Part shown: piece after piece, positions 35,464-45,824 of the stretch | How positions within the stretch are numbered: the first letter of the stretch is position 1 | Layout: the number at the start of each line of letters is the position of its first letter | IMG/VR virus record: IMGVR_UViG_3300029288_000054 | Span: 262,607 to 326,606 of that record | Length of the DNA: 64,000 bases | DNA from: a virus | Taxonomy: Duplodnaviria > Heunggongvirae > Uroviricota > Caudoviricetes | Reading direction: 5' to 3' (one strand) | The notes under the pieces: model-generated | The model's input: only the letters and a program-made list of their open reading frames with translations | Databases searched by the model: none | What the model was told of the DNA's origin: nothing | Translations under genes and position numbers: made by a program

Positions 35464-36804
35464 ATGATAAGTACGGGAACGATTACCTATACAGAGAAGA
35501 ATAGTTTTAAATTCCAGATCATTACAACGACTGTGAATGAAACATTCACTCTGCCGCTTGGAAGTTCTGCTGCATATACTCACAATTTTATTGCATATTG
35601 GGGGGACACTACATCGAGTGTGATAACAGCCTATAATGATGCCGATAGAGTCCATACATATGCGACTACTGGCACTTACGATATTGAACTTATAGGGACT
35701 TGTCAGTATTTTGCGTTTGATAACAACGGAACATATGGCGTCAGTAAGGCGAAAGTCTATAAATTGCTAGCATTTACCGGCAATATGGGCTTTAGGACAC
35801 TGAATTTTCATGGCTGTACGAATCTCAACACTATAGTGCCACTCGGATATCTGAAGAATCTTACTACTGCGTACAACATGTTTAATTTCACGGCTATTGC
35901 CACGGTTCCAGCCGGTCTATTCGATGGCTGCCCGAATATAGCAGGGACATCTGGTAGTTTCTGGGGTACTTTCTATAATTGCGGGCAACTTACGACCATA
36001 CCAGCGGATTTATTTAGATATAACACCAAAGCTGTTAACTTTACTGCGGTATTCCAAAACTGTGTGAAGCTAGTTGCGATACCAGCAGATCTCTTTAGAT
36101 ATAACACACTAAATCAGAATTTTTCTAGTTCGTTTAATAATTGCAGATTAATTACGACCATCCCTGTTGATCTATTTAGATATAACACGCTGGTCTATAA
36201 TTTTACTTCATGCTTTTATATGTGTTATGCTTTGACAGAAGTGCCGGCTGATTTATTCAGATATTGTACGCAAGCGAACAATTTTAACACTGTCTTTTCG
36301 GATTGCACATCTCTGACAACTATTCCGGCTGACATATTTAAATATAATCCTACATTGCATTTCACTTATGCCTTCAGTGGTTGTTATAACCTCACGTCGA
36401 TACCAGATGATTTATTCAGATATAACACATCTGCGTGGAATTTCAGCTATGTCTTTCGAAATTGCTCGAAAATAACTACGATCCCAATAGATCTATTTAG
36501 ATATAACACAACAAGCAATACTCCAGACTTTAGCTATGCATTCAATGGTTGCACGAAAGCACAATTACACAGCACCATCTTTTGTGCTGTGGGAGAAGAA
36601 GACACAAGATTTCTGAATAAGACAGTCAACTTCACCAATTGTTTTGCTAGAACGTCATTCTCTGGAGTTCAAGGTATTGCTCCAGATTTATGGAATTACG
36701 ACTTCGGCACTGGGGCATCAACTAAAACCACATGCTTTAGCGGTGCTGGCAATAGTCTAACATCATTATCTAATTATGCCGATATACCAGTTGCCTGGAA
36801 ATAA
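35464..36804 (+). CDS. BspA/DUF285-type leucine-rich-repeat adhesin
   Basis: About eight ~25-aa repeats of TxIPxDLFRYNTxxxNFxxxFxNCxxL, after a PKD-like N-terminus (WGD...HTYATTGTY). Confidence 0.8.
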   Translation: MISTGTITYTEKNSFKFQIITTTVNETFTLPLGSSAAYTHNFIAYWGDTTSSVITAYNDADRVHTYATTGTYDIELIGTCQYFAFDNNGTYGVSKAKVYKLLAFTGNMGFRTLNFHGCTNLNTIVPLGYLKNLTTAYNMFNFTAIATVPAGLFDGCPNIAGTSGSFWGTFYNCGQLTTIPADLFRYNTKAVNFTAVFQNCVKLVAIPADLFRYNTLNQNFSSSFNNCRLITTIPVDLFRYNTLVYNFTSCFYMCYALTEVPADLFRYCTQANNFNTVFSDCTSLTTIPADIFKYNPTLHFTYAFSGCYNLTSIPDDLFRYNTSAWNFSYVFRNCSKITTIPIDLFRYNTTSNTPDFSYAFNGCTKAQLHSTIFCAVGEEDTRFLNKTVNFTNCFARTSFSGVQGIAPDLWNYDFGTGASTKTTCFSGAGNSLTSLSNYADIPVAWK

Positions 36805-36891
36805 TCAGCAAATATCTCCTATTTCAGACTTCTGAAAAAATCAAAAATATCATGTCTAGTCTGTTCATACAGACAACCACGGAGGCGTGAA

Positions 36892-38886
36892 ATGGACTTT
36901 ATCGAAACTATTACGATCAAATTAACTTCAGCACCTGCACCGGGTACCAATCCGCCTGCGAACCACGTTTTTGAGTGGTATACTGTTGATGGTTCTAATG
37001 TTCAGGTCCACTTTAGGCAATCCGATGGTACGGACACGACCACCGGTTTAGCGGGTGCAACAGGTTCTATTGGTGCTTCTGGCCCAATCGGTGCCTCTGG
37101 AGTTGCTGGTATCGACGGTGCAACTGGTACTGGCGGTGCGTCTGGGGTTGGAGTCGACGGCGCTACTGGCCCAACTGGAGCGACTGGTACCGGTGTTGAC
37201 GGAGCTTCGGGTCCTGTTGGTGCTAGCGGTGTAGCTGGAGCAGATGGAGCTTCAGGCATTTCTGGTGCGAGTGGCTCAGACGGTCTTGTTGGCGCAACTG
37301 GAGTAGATGGTCTTATTGGCGCAACTGGAGCTGGTGTTGACGGTGCTACTGGTTTAATGGGGGCTACAGGTATCAGTGGTGCGTCTGGTATTGGTGGTGC
37401 ATCAGGCGTTATCGGTTTGACTGGTGCGACCGGCGTTGGCGTTGATGGGGCATCTGGTGCAACCGGTCCATCTGAATATATCTCCGGCGCGTTTGATAAC
37501 ACAGACTTAGTTGAAGGTGTTCTGACTATAACGCATACAAAGGGTAATGTGTCATTACCATTCATTCTTTGTGATAACGACGGCAAGAATAAAACGCTCG
37601 ACTCCAGCACTGTCGTATTCACTAATAACCAAATAACTATCGATCTTGTAAGTTTTGGTACTATTACTGGAACATGGCAATACGTTTTTGGCGGATCTGC
37701 TGATATTGGTGCTACAGGTCTTATCGGATCAACAGGTCCAAGCGGAGGACCAGTTGGCGCAACCGGTGCAACTGGTGTAACAGGCGCAACTGGTGTTAGT
37801 GGTGCATCTGGTGCCACCGGATCAATGGCGTTGCCGCAAGTGACGAAGACATTATATGTTGATAAGAGTAGAACTGATTCATATACACCAGATGGTTCAA
37901 TAAACTGGCCTTTCTTGGCAATTGGTGCTGCGACCGCTGTTGCGACCGATAGTTGTTTGTTAAAGGTCGCTGCCTCAACTACGTATACAGAAGATGTTGT
38001 CCTTCCTGCCGGTGTGTCGTTAGAAGGATATGGAGCAAACCGATTAGCTATTTCTGGTGATGTGACTGTTTCTGCTGGGAATGTTATTAGCTTGCGTTAT
38101 TTGACGTTAACTGGAACTAATAAAACATTGACAATTAATGCGAATTGCATACTTGAGGATGGTTATGCCTCGTGTGCAGTAGTTGTCACTGGGACTTCAA
38201 CAATTCAATCGTGGAATTTCCATATTACTGGTGCTGCTAGTGGCGTAACACCCTTAACGATGAATTCGACCGGTAAATTCCAAGCATTTCTTGCGACGAT
38301 CGCTTCTACAGGCGATGCTCCGGCTATTAACCAAACAGCCGGGCAAGTGATACTAAATACGATGCTTACCTCTGCAGGGCGGGCCGCAGCCCCTGTTATT
38401 GTGTCGACTGGAGGCACAACTGTACTTCTTGGTTCGCAAGCGATTAACTCGCTTGGTGGTCCTGCTGTTGACTTATCTGCAAATGGAGCAACAACGACTA
38501 GTCCTAATATGATTGACGGTCTTGTCGCTGTCGGCAACGTAGTTTGCGGCGACAAACCAACAGCGGTTGAAGGTTTGCAATTTATCAGTACTGGCTCATT
38601 ATCAGGGACAGCAATTATTTATCACCCAGCCAGTAGATTAGACAATGATTCTAGCGTTACTGGTGATACCGTTAAGGATGCATTAGAAACTTTAGCTTCA
38701 ATATCCGGAGCTACAGGTCCTATTGGTGCTACCGGAGTGGCTGGTGCCTCTGGTATAGCTGGTGCCTCTGGGGCGACTGGCCCAGATTATGGTCTACCAA
38801 CACCACCGGTAAGCCCGTCTGAAGGCGACCAATATGTGTTGAAATATTCGTCCAGCGCCTGGGTTTGGGAATTATACACGCCTTAA
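36892..38886 (+). CDS. Collagen-like fibre protein with a beta-helix-like domain
   Basis: Gly-X-Y segments; a ~75-aa domain shared with 33030 ([26 protein letters not shown]); LYVDK..D..DGS...PF beta-helix entry motif. Confidence 0.75.
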   Translation: MDFIETITIKLTSAPAPGTNPPANHVFEWYTVDGSNVQVHFRQSDGTDTTTGLAGATGSIGASGPIGASGVAGIDGATGTGGASGVGVDGATGPTGATGTGVDGASGPVGASGVAGADGASGISGASGSDGLVGATGVDGLIGATGAGVDGATGLMGATGISGASGIGGASGVIGLTGATGVGVDGASGATGPSEYISGAFDNTDLVEGVLTITHTKGNVSLPFILCDNDGKNKTLDSSTVVFTNNQITIDLVSFGTITGTWQYVFGGSADIGATGLIGSTGPSGGPVGATGATGVTGATGVSGASGATGSMALPQVTKTLYVDKSRTDSYTPDGSINWPFLAIGAATAVATDSCLLKVAASTTYTEDVVLPAGVSLEGYGANRLAISGDVTVSAGNVISLRYLTLTGTNKTLTINANCILEDGYASCAVVVTGTSTIQSWNFHITGAASGVTPLTMNSTGKFQAFLATIASTGDAPAINQTAGQVILNTMLTSAGRAAAPVIVSTGGTTVLLGSQAINSLGGPAVDLSANGATTTSPNMIDGLVAVGNVVCGDKPTAVEGLQFISTGSLSGTAIIYHPASRLDNDSSVTGDTVKDALETLASISGATGPIGATGVAGASGIAGASGATGPDYGLPTPPVSPSEGDQYVLKYSSSAWVWELYTP

Positions 38887-38971
38887 TAGATAATTGGGCG
38901 TTTCGTGTAGCCAAACATAATAGGGATGGCGGCAATCTGTCTAGCTATCTGATCAGGATGACTGGCATATT

Positions 38972-40600
38972 ATGAAATTCAAAGAACTAAGAGTTGTTCA
39001 GCTTACAAGTCCGCCAGCACTTGGTGTTAATCCGCCAGAGAATACTGTCTATGAATGGTACACGAATATATCTAGCGATATGCAGACGCTGCATTATCGG
39101 TATCAAGATGGGTCAGAGAGATCTGTCGCCGGTGGTGGAGTAACTGGTGCAACTGGTGCAACTGGTTCGCTTGGTTATACCGGTGCCACAGGAGCGGGTG
39201 TACAAGGTGCTTCAGGTGCAACCGGCCCTGGTGGTGGTAATCCGGGTGCGACAGGTTCAACAGGGCCTATTGGAGCAACCGGAACCGGTCTTACAGGGGC
39301 GACAGGTCCGAGAGGTGCTTCCGGTGCGACGGGACCTTCAGGTGGGCCTATTGGAGCTTCAGGGGCTACTGGGGCAGTCGGTCCACATGGTGCAACCGGA
39401 CCCGCAGGAGGCCCCACGGGAGCCACGGGAGCTACAGGCATTGCTGGCGCTACTGGCTTAGTTGGTCAGATTGGTTCTACTGGCCCTCGTGGCGCAACTG
39501 GTGCTGGCTTAACTGGTGCTACTGGATTGGCGGGAGCTACCGGCCCAACGAGTGTCAGTGCTGCACCAGGCGAGAATGTAATAATAAATGGAGGGTTCGA
39601 TTTCTTTCAGCGCAATACTAATTCGGGCAATAACCCATTCTCTACTGCTGATGATAGCTATTGTTTTGATCGTTGGATTGGGCTTACTCAAACCAGTACC
39701 ATTAATACGCTACGATTTAATTTCGAAAGAGGTACTGGAACGCCGCCTGGACCATTTTGCGGAGCAGCACACAACGCTGTAGCAACAGCACAAAGATTCG
39801 GATTGTTGCAGATTGTGGAAGGAGTCAATTCTTTCCCATTACGTGGTCAAGCGATTACACTACAGGCGACACTAAATACCAATGCTATCGCTAATTTTCT
39901 GCCTGTGCGATATGCTGTTCTAGAATGGACTGGTGTCGCAGACACAGTTACAAGCGATGTTGTCAGAGATTGGAATAGCGTAGTCTATGCACCGAATGCC
40001 TTCTTTCTGAGCAGCAATCTTGTTGTTGCTGCCATTGGTTCTGTGACTGTTGCTTTCGGCGCAACTACAAATATCGTTCTACCTGCTACTATAAGCACGG
40101 CTTGTAATAATTTGATGGTGTTTTTCTGGACTGAATCACCAGTAGCACAATATGGTGAATTGATTTTATCCAAAGTTGATTGTCATATTGGGTCATCCAG
40201 AATATGGGATCCGCGACCAACAGCACAAGAATTAGTGCTATGCCAACGATATTTTGAAAAGAGCTATTCTCTTGATATAAAGCCAGGTACATCTACATCT
40301 GATGGTATGGAACAAGGATGGGTGATTCCGAATAGTTATGGATGGATGAAAACGCCATCAGTGACGCATTATCTGGTTTCAAAACGCATTGTAGCGAGGC
40401 CATTGATCTATTCGCCTTATACAGGTGTATCTGGTGTTGTAGGCGAATACAACGTTGGTTCGACTTATATTGCAGACCGTGCAGCCGACGCTACATATTT
40501 TGGCAATAACTCGTATTCGGTACAGAAAAGGGCCGGTACTACTGCATGGACCACCGACAATTTAATTTGGCATCACTGGACAGTCGACGCAGAACTGTGA
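38972..40600 (+). CDS. Collagen-like tail-fibre protein with a carbohydrate-binding-like C-terminal domain
   Basis: Gly-X-Y tract, then [13 protein letters not shown]...FDRW and ELVLCQRYF motifs. Confidence 0.75.
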   Translation: MKFKELRVVQLTSPPALGVNPPENTVYEWYTNISSDMQTLHYRYQDGSERSVAGGGVTGATGATGSLGYTGATGAGVQGASGATGPGGGNPGATGSTGPIGATGTGLTGATGPRGASGATGPSGGPIGASGATGAVGPHGATGPAGGPTGATGATGIAGATGLVGQIGSTGPRGATGAGLTGATGLAGATGPTSVSAAPGENVIINGGFDFFQRNTNSGNNPFSTADDSYCFDRWIGLTQTSTINTLRFNFERGTGTPPGPFCGAAHNAVATAQRFGLLQIVEGVNSFPLRGQAITLQATLNTNAIANFLPVRYAVLEWTGVADTVTSDVVRDWNSVVYAPNAFFLSSNLVVAAIGSVTVAFGATTNIVLPATISTACNNLMVFFWTESPVAQYGELILSKVDCHIGSSRIWDPRPTAQELVLCQRYFEKSYSLDIKPGTSTSDGMEQGWVIPNSYGWMKTPSVTHYLVSKRIVARPLIYSPYTGVSGVVGEYNVGSTYIADRAADATYFGNNSYSVQKRAGTTAWTTDNLIWHHWTVDAEL

Positions 40601-40612
40601 TGAAGGGTTGAT

Positions 40613-42163
40613 ATGAAATTCAAAGAATACAGAACAATCCAGCTTTCATCGGCACCGGTCTTCGGTGATAATCCGCCAGAGAACACTGTTTATCAGTGGT
40701 TTACTGAAGGTAGTTCTAGCACTGTCGTTATCAATTGTCGATTTTCTGATGGATCAGAGAAAACTGTGTCTGGTGGTGCTGGTCATATTGGTGCGACTGG
40801 TAGTACAGGTCCGACCGGAGCAACAGGTCCATTAGGTGGCCCGATTGGAGCTACCGGGCCGACTGGAGCAACTGGCATTCAAGGATTAACTGGTGGTGCT
40901 TCTGGCCCAATCGGTTCAACCGGCCCAAGAGGTGCGTCTGGTGCTACTGGTCCAACTGGCGGATTGACTGGTGCTACGGGTTCTACTGGAGTAAGAGGAG
41001 CATCTGGTGTTAATGGTGCATCTGGTGTGGCTGGTAGTGCAGGTTCAAATGGTGCTTCTGGTCCAATCGGCTCAACCGGCCCAAGAGGTGCTTCTGGGGT
41101 TAGTGTGACTGGCCCGATTGGTGCTACTGGCCCTACTGGTCTTGAGGGTGGACTATTAGGCGAAAATGTGTTGATCAATGGTGGGTTCGATTTCTTTCAA
41201 CGGAACAACAATCTCGCCTGGACTAACTACACGGTAGCTGACGACAACTATTGCTTTGATCGATGGATAGCACTAACCCAATCGAATCCAGTTATTACCT
41301 ATCGTTGGAATCCGGTTACTGGTACATCAGCACAACCTGGTCCATTTGGCGGTTGGATGACGCAAAGCAATGCGACTGCGCAAAGGATGGGCCTGTTACA
41401 AATTGTTGAAGGTTTTAACTCTTTCCAATTGCGTGGTAGGAATGTTACGCTACAAGCTTGGGTGTCTAACCCATCAGGATCGAATTTGCGTTATGCTATC
41501 TTGGAGTGGACCGGTGTTGCTGATACCGTAACAAGTGATGTTGTACGAGATTGGACTAATGCATCCTATACTCCGAATAATTTCTTCATCAGCAGTAATC
41601 TGGTTGTGGCAGCTACAGGCTATATATCAGGTTCTGCTTGGCAAAGTGTTACACTAAATGCCACTATAAGTGCCGCTTGCAGTAATTTAATGGTGTTTTT
41701 CTGGACTGAATCTCCGGTAACACAAAACGGCACAGTAGCACTTATGCAGGTTGATTGCCATTTGGGCGGCTCGCGACTTTGGAGTCCAAGGCCAGCAGCA
41801 CAAGAGTTACAACTATGTCAGCGATATTATGAAAAGAGCTATAATATCGACGTCAAACCCGGCACAGCACAAGATCGCAGTGGTGCAGCAGGGTCTCGCA
41901 ATATAGACCTTTGGTGGTTGTATAGCTTTATGAGTTATTACACAACGCCAAAGCGTATCTCGGCCAGACCGACAATATATTCGCCATATACCGGTGCTGT
42001 CGATAGGACTGGTGAGTATAACACGGTACAAGCTTATCAAAAAGATTGCACGAACACTATTATGGAATTTGGGGCGAGGGGCTATGGTATTGCGTGCGGA
42101 GGCGGGCAATACGATGACGGCATGGTGATCTGGCATCATTTTACAGTAGAATGCGAGTTGTAG
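40613..42163 (+). CDS. Collagen-like tail-fibre protein, paralogue of 38972
   Basis: Same N-terminal NPPENTVY motif, Gly-X-Y tract, NGGFDFFQR and ELQLCQRYY. Confidence 0.75.
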   Translation: MKFKEYRTIQLSSAPVFGDNPPENTVYQWFTEGSSSTVVINCRFSDGSEKTVSGGAGHIGATGSTGPTGATGPLGGPIGATGPTGATGIQGLTGGASGPIGSTGPRGASGATGPTGGLTGATGSTGVRGASGVNGASGVAGSAGSNGASGPIGSTGPRGASGVSVTGPIGATGPTGLEGGLLGENVLINGGFDFFQRNNNLAWTNYTVADDNYCFDRWIALTQSNPVITYRWNPVTGTSAQPGPFGGWMTQSNATAQRMGLLQIVEGFNSFQLRGRNVTLQAWVSNPSGSNLRYAILEWTGVADTVTSDVVRDWTNASYTPNNFFISSNLVVAATGYISGSAWQSVTLNATISAACSNLMVFFWTESPVTQNGTVALMQVDCHLGGSRLWSPRPAAQELQLCQRYYEKSYNIDVKPGTAQDRSGAAGSRNIDLWWLYSFMSYYTTPKRISARPTIYSPYTGAVDRTGEYNTVQAYQKDCTNTIMEFGARGYGIACGGGQYDDGMVIWHHFTVECEL

Positions 42164-42164
42164 T

Positions 42165-42623
42165 ATGGCTGCTATCACAATAGACATTGGTATCACCGGA
42201 CTGACGAACGTTAAGGCACTACCTTTTAGTGCTGATTTTTCGCAAGTTTGGGACGGCGATCAATTAACAGCAATAGATACAGCCACACCTGCTTTTATTG
42301 ACATGCCAGAGCTTGCGGTTGGCGGAATCGGTGCTGGAACATATAAAGCAGATCTGCCAACATCATTAGATATCATAAATGATAACGACGGATTGTGGAT
42401 ATCCATTTACGATGCTGGTTCGCCACCATCTGTAAGCGATCCTTTATACGGATATGTGCCACCATCTTGTAAATCGGCACTCATTAATGCTGTTGTCGAT
42501 GCAATCTCCAAGCTCGAAATAACCATCGATCCGGCTGATTTACAGAGAGCCTTGAAGGGCGCGATAATCAAGCCAACTCGCGTCGTTATCGGGCCATGTC
42601 AACGACCGCCGTGCCCAAGCTAA
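42165..42623 (+). CDS. Hypothetical (probable structural) protein
   Basis: 152-aa ORF closing the fibre operon. Confidence 0.6.
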   Translation: MAAITIDIGITGLTNVKALPFSADFSQVWDGDQLTAIDTATPAFIDMPELAVGGIGAGTYKADLPTSLDIINDNDGLWISIYDAGSPPSVSDPLYGYVPPSCKSALINAVVDAISKLEITIDPADLQRALKGAIIKPTRVVIGPCQRPPCPS

Positions 42624-43537
42624 GTCGTCAATGCTGTCTTTCTACGTAATAACTTAACTAGACAGCTACCAAGATCCATGAAATAATCGTGTTCTGCCAT
42701 AGCGCCGATACATTCAATTCCGAGTTTGTCGAACTGAGCAAGGTCTGGTTTTTGGCCTTTTGGGATCGCCTCAGCAATTGTAGTACCATCGATTAGATCA
42801 AATTGTTGAATAAACTGCATGAAATATGGGCCTGGGACTGGTATGTCGCGTGAAAAGTAAAACAGATAACGATTTTCGGCAATATTGCTTACTTTGAAAA
42901 AGTCGATCGTATCATCAACAACTAGAACTTGATTAGCTCCTTCGAAATTTAGCCCGTTTGTCTCGACGTGATAGTACCAGACTTGTGCTGTTGGTAGTTG
43001 AATGCGTGGTAGCCGCGTAAGTGCAAAGAGTTTGTCGAGTTGGATAGTGCTAACCATATGGTCGAATTCGATTCTTCGACCACCCCATATCATGTAGTGA
43101 TCCCCAATTTCCGATACTTGCCCTCTATTGCTGTCGTCAACTAATCTCTGGTTATGCTTCTGTTGTAGTTGATTGTAAAGTTGATTAACCTTGATGTTAT
43201 ATATGAAATGGTTGCCTCTAGACTTGATGCATGGCAGAGCTTGTGGTGGTACTTGTGATCCGAATACTTTATTTAGCCAAGCGTTAATCACAAGATCTTC
43301 TGGTTGTAATAAACTCCCGCCGAGAGAATAAGATGTTTTGTAGATGAACGATATCTTACCGCCGAAATGAGCTATAAGATCATCTATTCTTTCATCTCTA
43401 ATAATGAAATTGTCGGCTAACGCCGGTCGAAAGCTATAGAAACGGGAGCGCGAGAATGGCACCACTAACCATTGGTCGCCTAGGATTTCTTTAGCAAGCA
43501 ATCCTACTATTCCGCTCCCCAGTATCACTCCTTGCAT
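42620..43537 (-). CDS. FAD/NAD-binding Rossmann-fold oxidoreductase-like protein
   Basis: N-terminal ILGSGIVG; FDHMVSTIQL; C-terminal IGAMAE. Confidence 0.65.
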   Translation of the reverse strand: MQGVILGSGIVGLLAKEILGDQWLVVPFSRSRFYSFRPALADNFIIRDERIDDLIAHFGGKISFIYKTSYSLGGSLLQPEDLVINAWLNKVFGSQVPPQALPCIKSRGNHFIYNIKVNQLYNQLQQKHNQRLVDDSNRGQVSEIGDHYMIWGGRRIEFDHMVSTIQLDKLFALTRLPRIQLPTAQVWYYHVETNGLNFEGANQVLVVDDTIDFFKVSNIAENRYLFYFSRDIPVPGPYFMQFIQQFDLIDGTTIAEAIPKGQKPDLAQFDKLGIECIGAMAEHDYFMDLGSCLVKLLRRKTALTT

Positions 43538-43974
43538 TTCGCTCTCGACATCTTTTGGGCGACAGTGAGTGAATCGTCGTCTGGTATGCTATTCACCGAT
43601 GTCACGGTTTCATCTAGTTCGCAGCGAGTCAACTGATTGCTATTGAATGGATTGACAAACGGATCGATAAAAGGCGGCGGCGGAGCTTTTATTTCAGGCT
43701 TTCCAGCACCGCATTCTGGGCACGCTACGAATTTATATCCATGATGCTCTAGTATTTCGCTCGAATAGACATAGAATCCAGCACAGCAGAACGGACACAT
43801 AGCTGAGAATCTAGATGGTAAATCGAACTCAAATTCGAAGGGTCTAGCCTGCGTTTGGGCAGCCTTGTCTGGATGATCAGACGGGACAGCAACCATCAGC
43901 GTGACGAGTTGGTACTGCTCTGGATGAGTATTCGGTAGTAGCGTTATTTTGTTGTTATCGCTTGCGAGGACCAT
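43525..43974 (-). CDS. Hypothetical Zn-ribbon protein
   Basis: CPFC...CPEC. Confidence 0.6.
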   Translation of the reverse strand: MVLASDNNKITLLPNTHPEQYQLVTLMVAVPSDHPDKAAQTQARPFEFEFDLPSRFSAMCPFCCAGFYVYSSEILEHHGYKFVACPECGAGKPEIKAPPPPFIDPFVNPFNSNQLTRCELDETVTSVNSIPDDDSLTVAQKMSRAKCKE

Positions 43975-44426
43975 TCTTGACTTCCTTTGTTTTGAGCTTC
44001 AACAGCTTTGGCTTTTAGTTTATCGAAAGCCTCTTTAGATACCCACAATTCTACATACCTATCATCCACGACATTAACTGACGGTTTCATATTAATGTCG
44101 ACTGACACAGACGACACACAGATATAGTAGCATATAAAAGTTCCATTCATACGGATGCCAGTAAGATCGCAAGTTATGCCCTGAGGGCACTTCTTGTTAT
44201 CAATTATTCTGGACGGTTTGTAGCATTTGATAACGATGTCCTTAATCTCGTCCATACATCGTTGACAAATGTCAAAAGAATGAGACGGATCAGTTGCTTT
44301 TGATAGTACTATCGAGTTGTTCGTGACAATGGCTTCTTTGGCGTCGAACGAGAAGTAATCAAACTTCTCAATGACATTAAGACCACACCAATCACAAATA
44401 ATTCCTCGTTTGTCCTTGGTTAACAT
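43944..44426 (-). CDS. Hypothetical Cys-containing protein
   Basis: ICDWCG...DICQRC and TCDLTG. Confidence 0.6.
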   Translation of the reverse strand: MLTKDKRGIICDWCGLNVIEKFDYFSFDAKEAIVTNNSIVLSKATDPSHSFDICQRCMDEIKDIVIKCYKPSRIIDNKKCPQGITCDLTGIRMNGTFICYYICVSSVSVDINMKPSVNVVDDRYVELWVSKEAFDKLKAKAVEAQNKGSQEWSSQAITTK

Positions 44427-44462
44427 GGTGCATCCTGTAATTATTGTTAGTATTATTTACCT

Positions 44463-45179
44463 ATGGATCTTCAAGAATTTGACTGGCAGGGCGGACCGAA
44501 TTATCCGTTCATACCGCGAGAAATAATTTCTAGCTGGGATGTAGCAATTATGGGATTACAAGAAACACCGTTTGATCGTAAGCTGCGGATGTTGAGACAG
44601 TTGAGCAATACATGCCGTGCTTGTACTATGTGCGAACTTGGACGCAAAGAGCCAGAAAGAAATGGCACTGTGAGAGATCCACATGTACTCAGCAATATGA
44701 ACCCGACGTCAACGAGGGTGGTTGTAGTCGGACAAAACCCTGGATGGGAAGAAATAACCAAAGGAACGCCATTTATAGGGCAATCGGGAAATAATTTCAA
44801 TAAGGAATTGGCTAAACACGGCATCGACAGGAGCCAATTCTACATCACAAACGGTGTTAAATGCTTTACGGCAGATAACGCAAAGCCAAATTATCAGCAC
44901 GTTAGTAGATGCAAACCGTTCTTGATGATGGAATTGACATTAATCAATCCATTATTGGTTGTTACATTAGGCGGTTCGGCATTCGACATATTATGCCCTG
45001 GTGTCGGATATCAACAATCATTGGGCAGAATAACTAAGAGTGAAGAGTTTGATGTGAAGGTGTTCGCTATTTATCACCCGTCGCCGTTGAATTTAGCAGA
45101 CAGAGGTAGACGTGCTGATTTTGAACGTCAAATAGCCATACTTGCAAAGCTTGTTAAGCGTCTTTCCGTTCCTGAGTAG
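44463..45179 (+). CDS. Family-4 uracil-DNA glycosylase
   Basis: CRACTMC Fe-S ligands, VVGQNPG, FIGQSG, ITNGVKC, TLG and YHPSP. Confidence 0.9.
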   Translation: MDLQEFDWQGGPNYPFIPREIISSWDVAIMGLQETPFDRKLRMLRQLSNTCRACTMCELGRKEPERNGTVRDPHVLSNMNPTSTRVVVVGQNPGWEEITKGTPFIGQSGNNFNKELAKHGIDRSQFYITNGVKCFTADNAKPNYQHVSRCKPFLMMELTLINPLLVVTLGGSAFDILCPGVGYQQSLGRITKSEEFDVKVFAIYHPSPLNLADRGRRADFERQIAILAKLVKRLSVPE

Positions 45180-45348
45180 TATTAGCTTTGAATCCTTTAC
45201 ATCTACCTTCTTCACTAATTTCACATAATGATGGAACGGTGCAGATTCCAGAGAAATTATAGACGCAAGATATAGCCTTACATTCTATATCTTGCCAATC
45301 GCGTGATACAGGATAGCCGTCATGGTGCGGCATCAGTGATTCCGTCAT
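45154..45348 (-). CDS. Small Cys-rich protein (DUF1540-like)
   Basis: IECKAISCVYNFSGIC...RC pattern. Confidence 0.55.
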   Translation of the reverse strand: MTESLMPHHDGYPVSRDWQDIECKAISCVYNFSGICTVPSLCEISEEGRCKGFKANTTQERKDA

Positions 45349-45736
45349 CGGGAGTCTCCAAATTATATGGAACTAGACGATATACCGGCTTACCAGCGCG
45401 GGTTGTTCTGCGTAAGATATAGTCATTACCTTTCTGTCGTAATAATCCCTTCATTCGCATCATAAGTGATGAAGGATTGGTAACGGCTGGGCTAGAGGCT
45501 TCGAGCAGCTTGCTGATTTCTACCGGCTCGCCAGTTGCAACTGCTTCGAGTAGCAGACTGTAAGCTGCTTCAGTAGCCAAAGTCTCTGGATCGGTCCTAA
45601 TTGGACCTCTAATTTTATCATTTGCAGCCGCTTTGATATTCTCGATCGTTTCCTCGCTTAGTTGTCGAACATCTTCGGCGATGATCTTTTCAATTGGGTC
45701 ACCTAAGTCGACAGATATAACATTAATTTTCGCCAT
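45320..45736 (-). CDS. Hypothetical protein
   Basis: 138-aa ORF. Confidence 0.6.
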   Translation of the reverse strand: MAKINVISVDLGDPIEKIIAEDVRQLSEETIENIKAAANDKIRGPIRTDPETLATEAAYSLLLEAVATGEPVEISKLLEASSPAVTNPSSLMMRMKGLLRQKGNDYILRRTTRAGKPVYRLVPYNLETPDDGITDAAP

Positions 45737-45824
45737 AATAATTTTCCGTTCTGTTGCGTATTTAAATCACAGGGACTTAAATACGAGTACGACTGTATGG
45801 TGACTACAGGATAGAGACGAACAA

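Noticed and set aside
38972-42163. Diversity-generating retroelement acting on the fibre tips
   Set aside because: No reverse transcriptase in the window, and no near-identical template/variable repeat pair differing only at adenines was seen.
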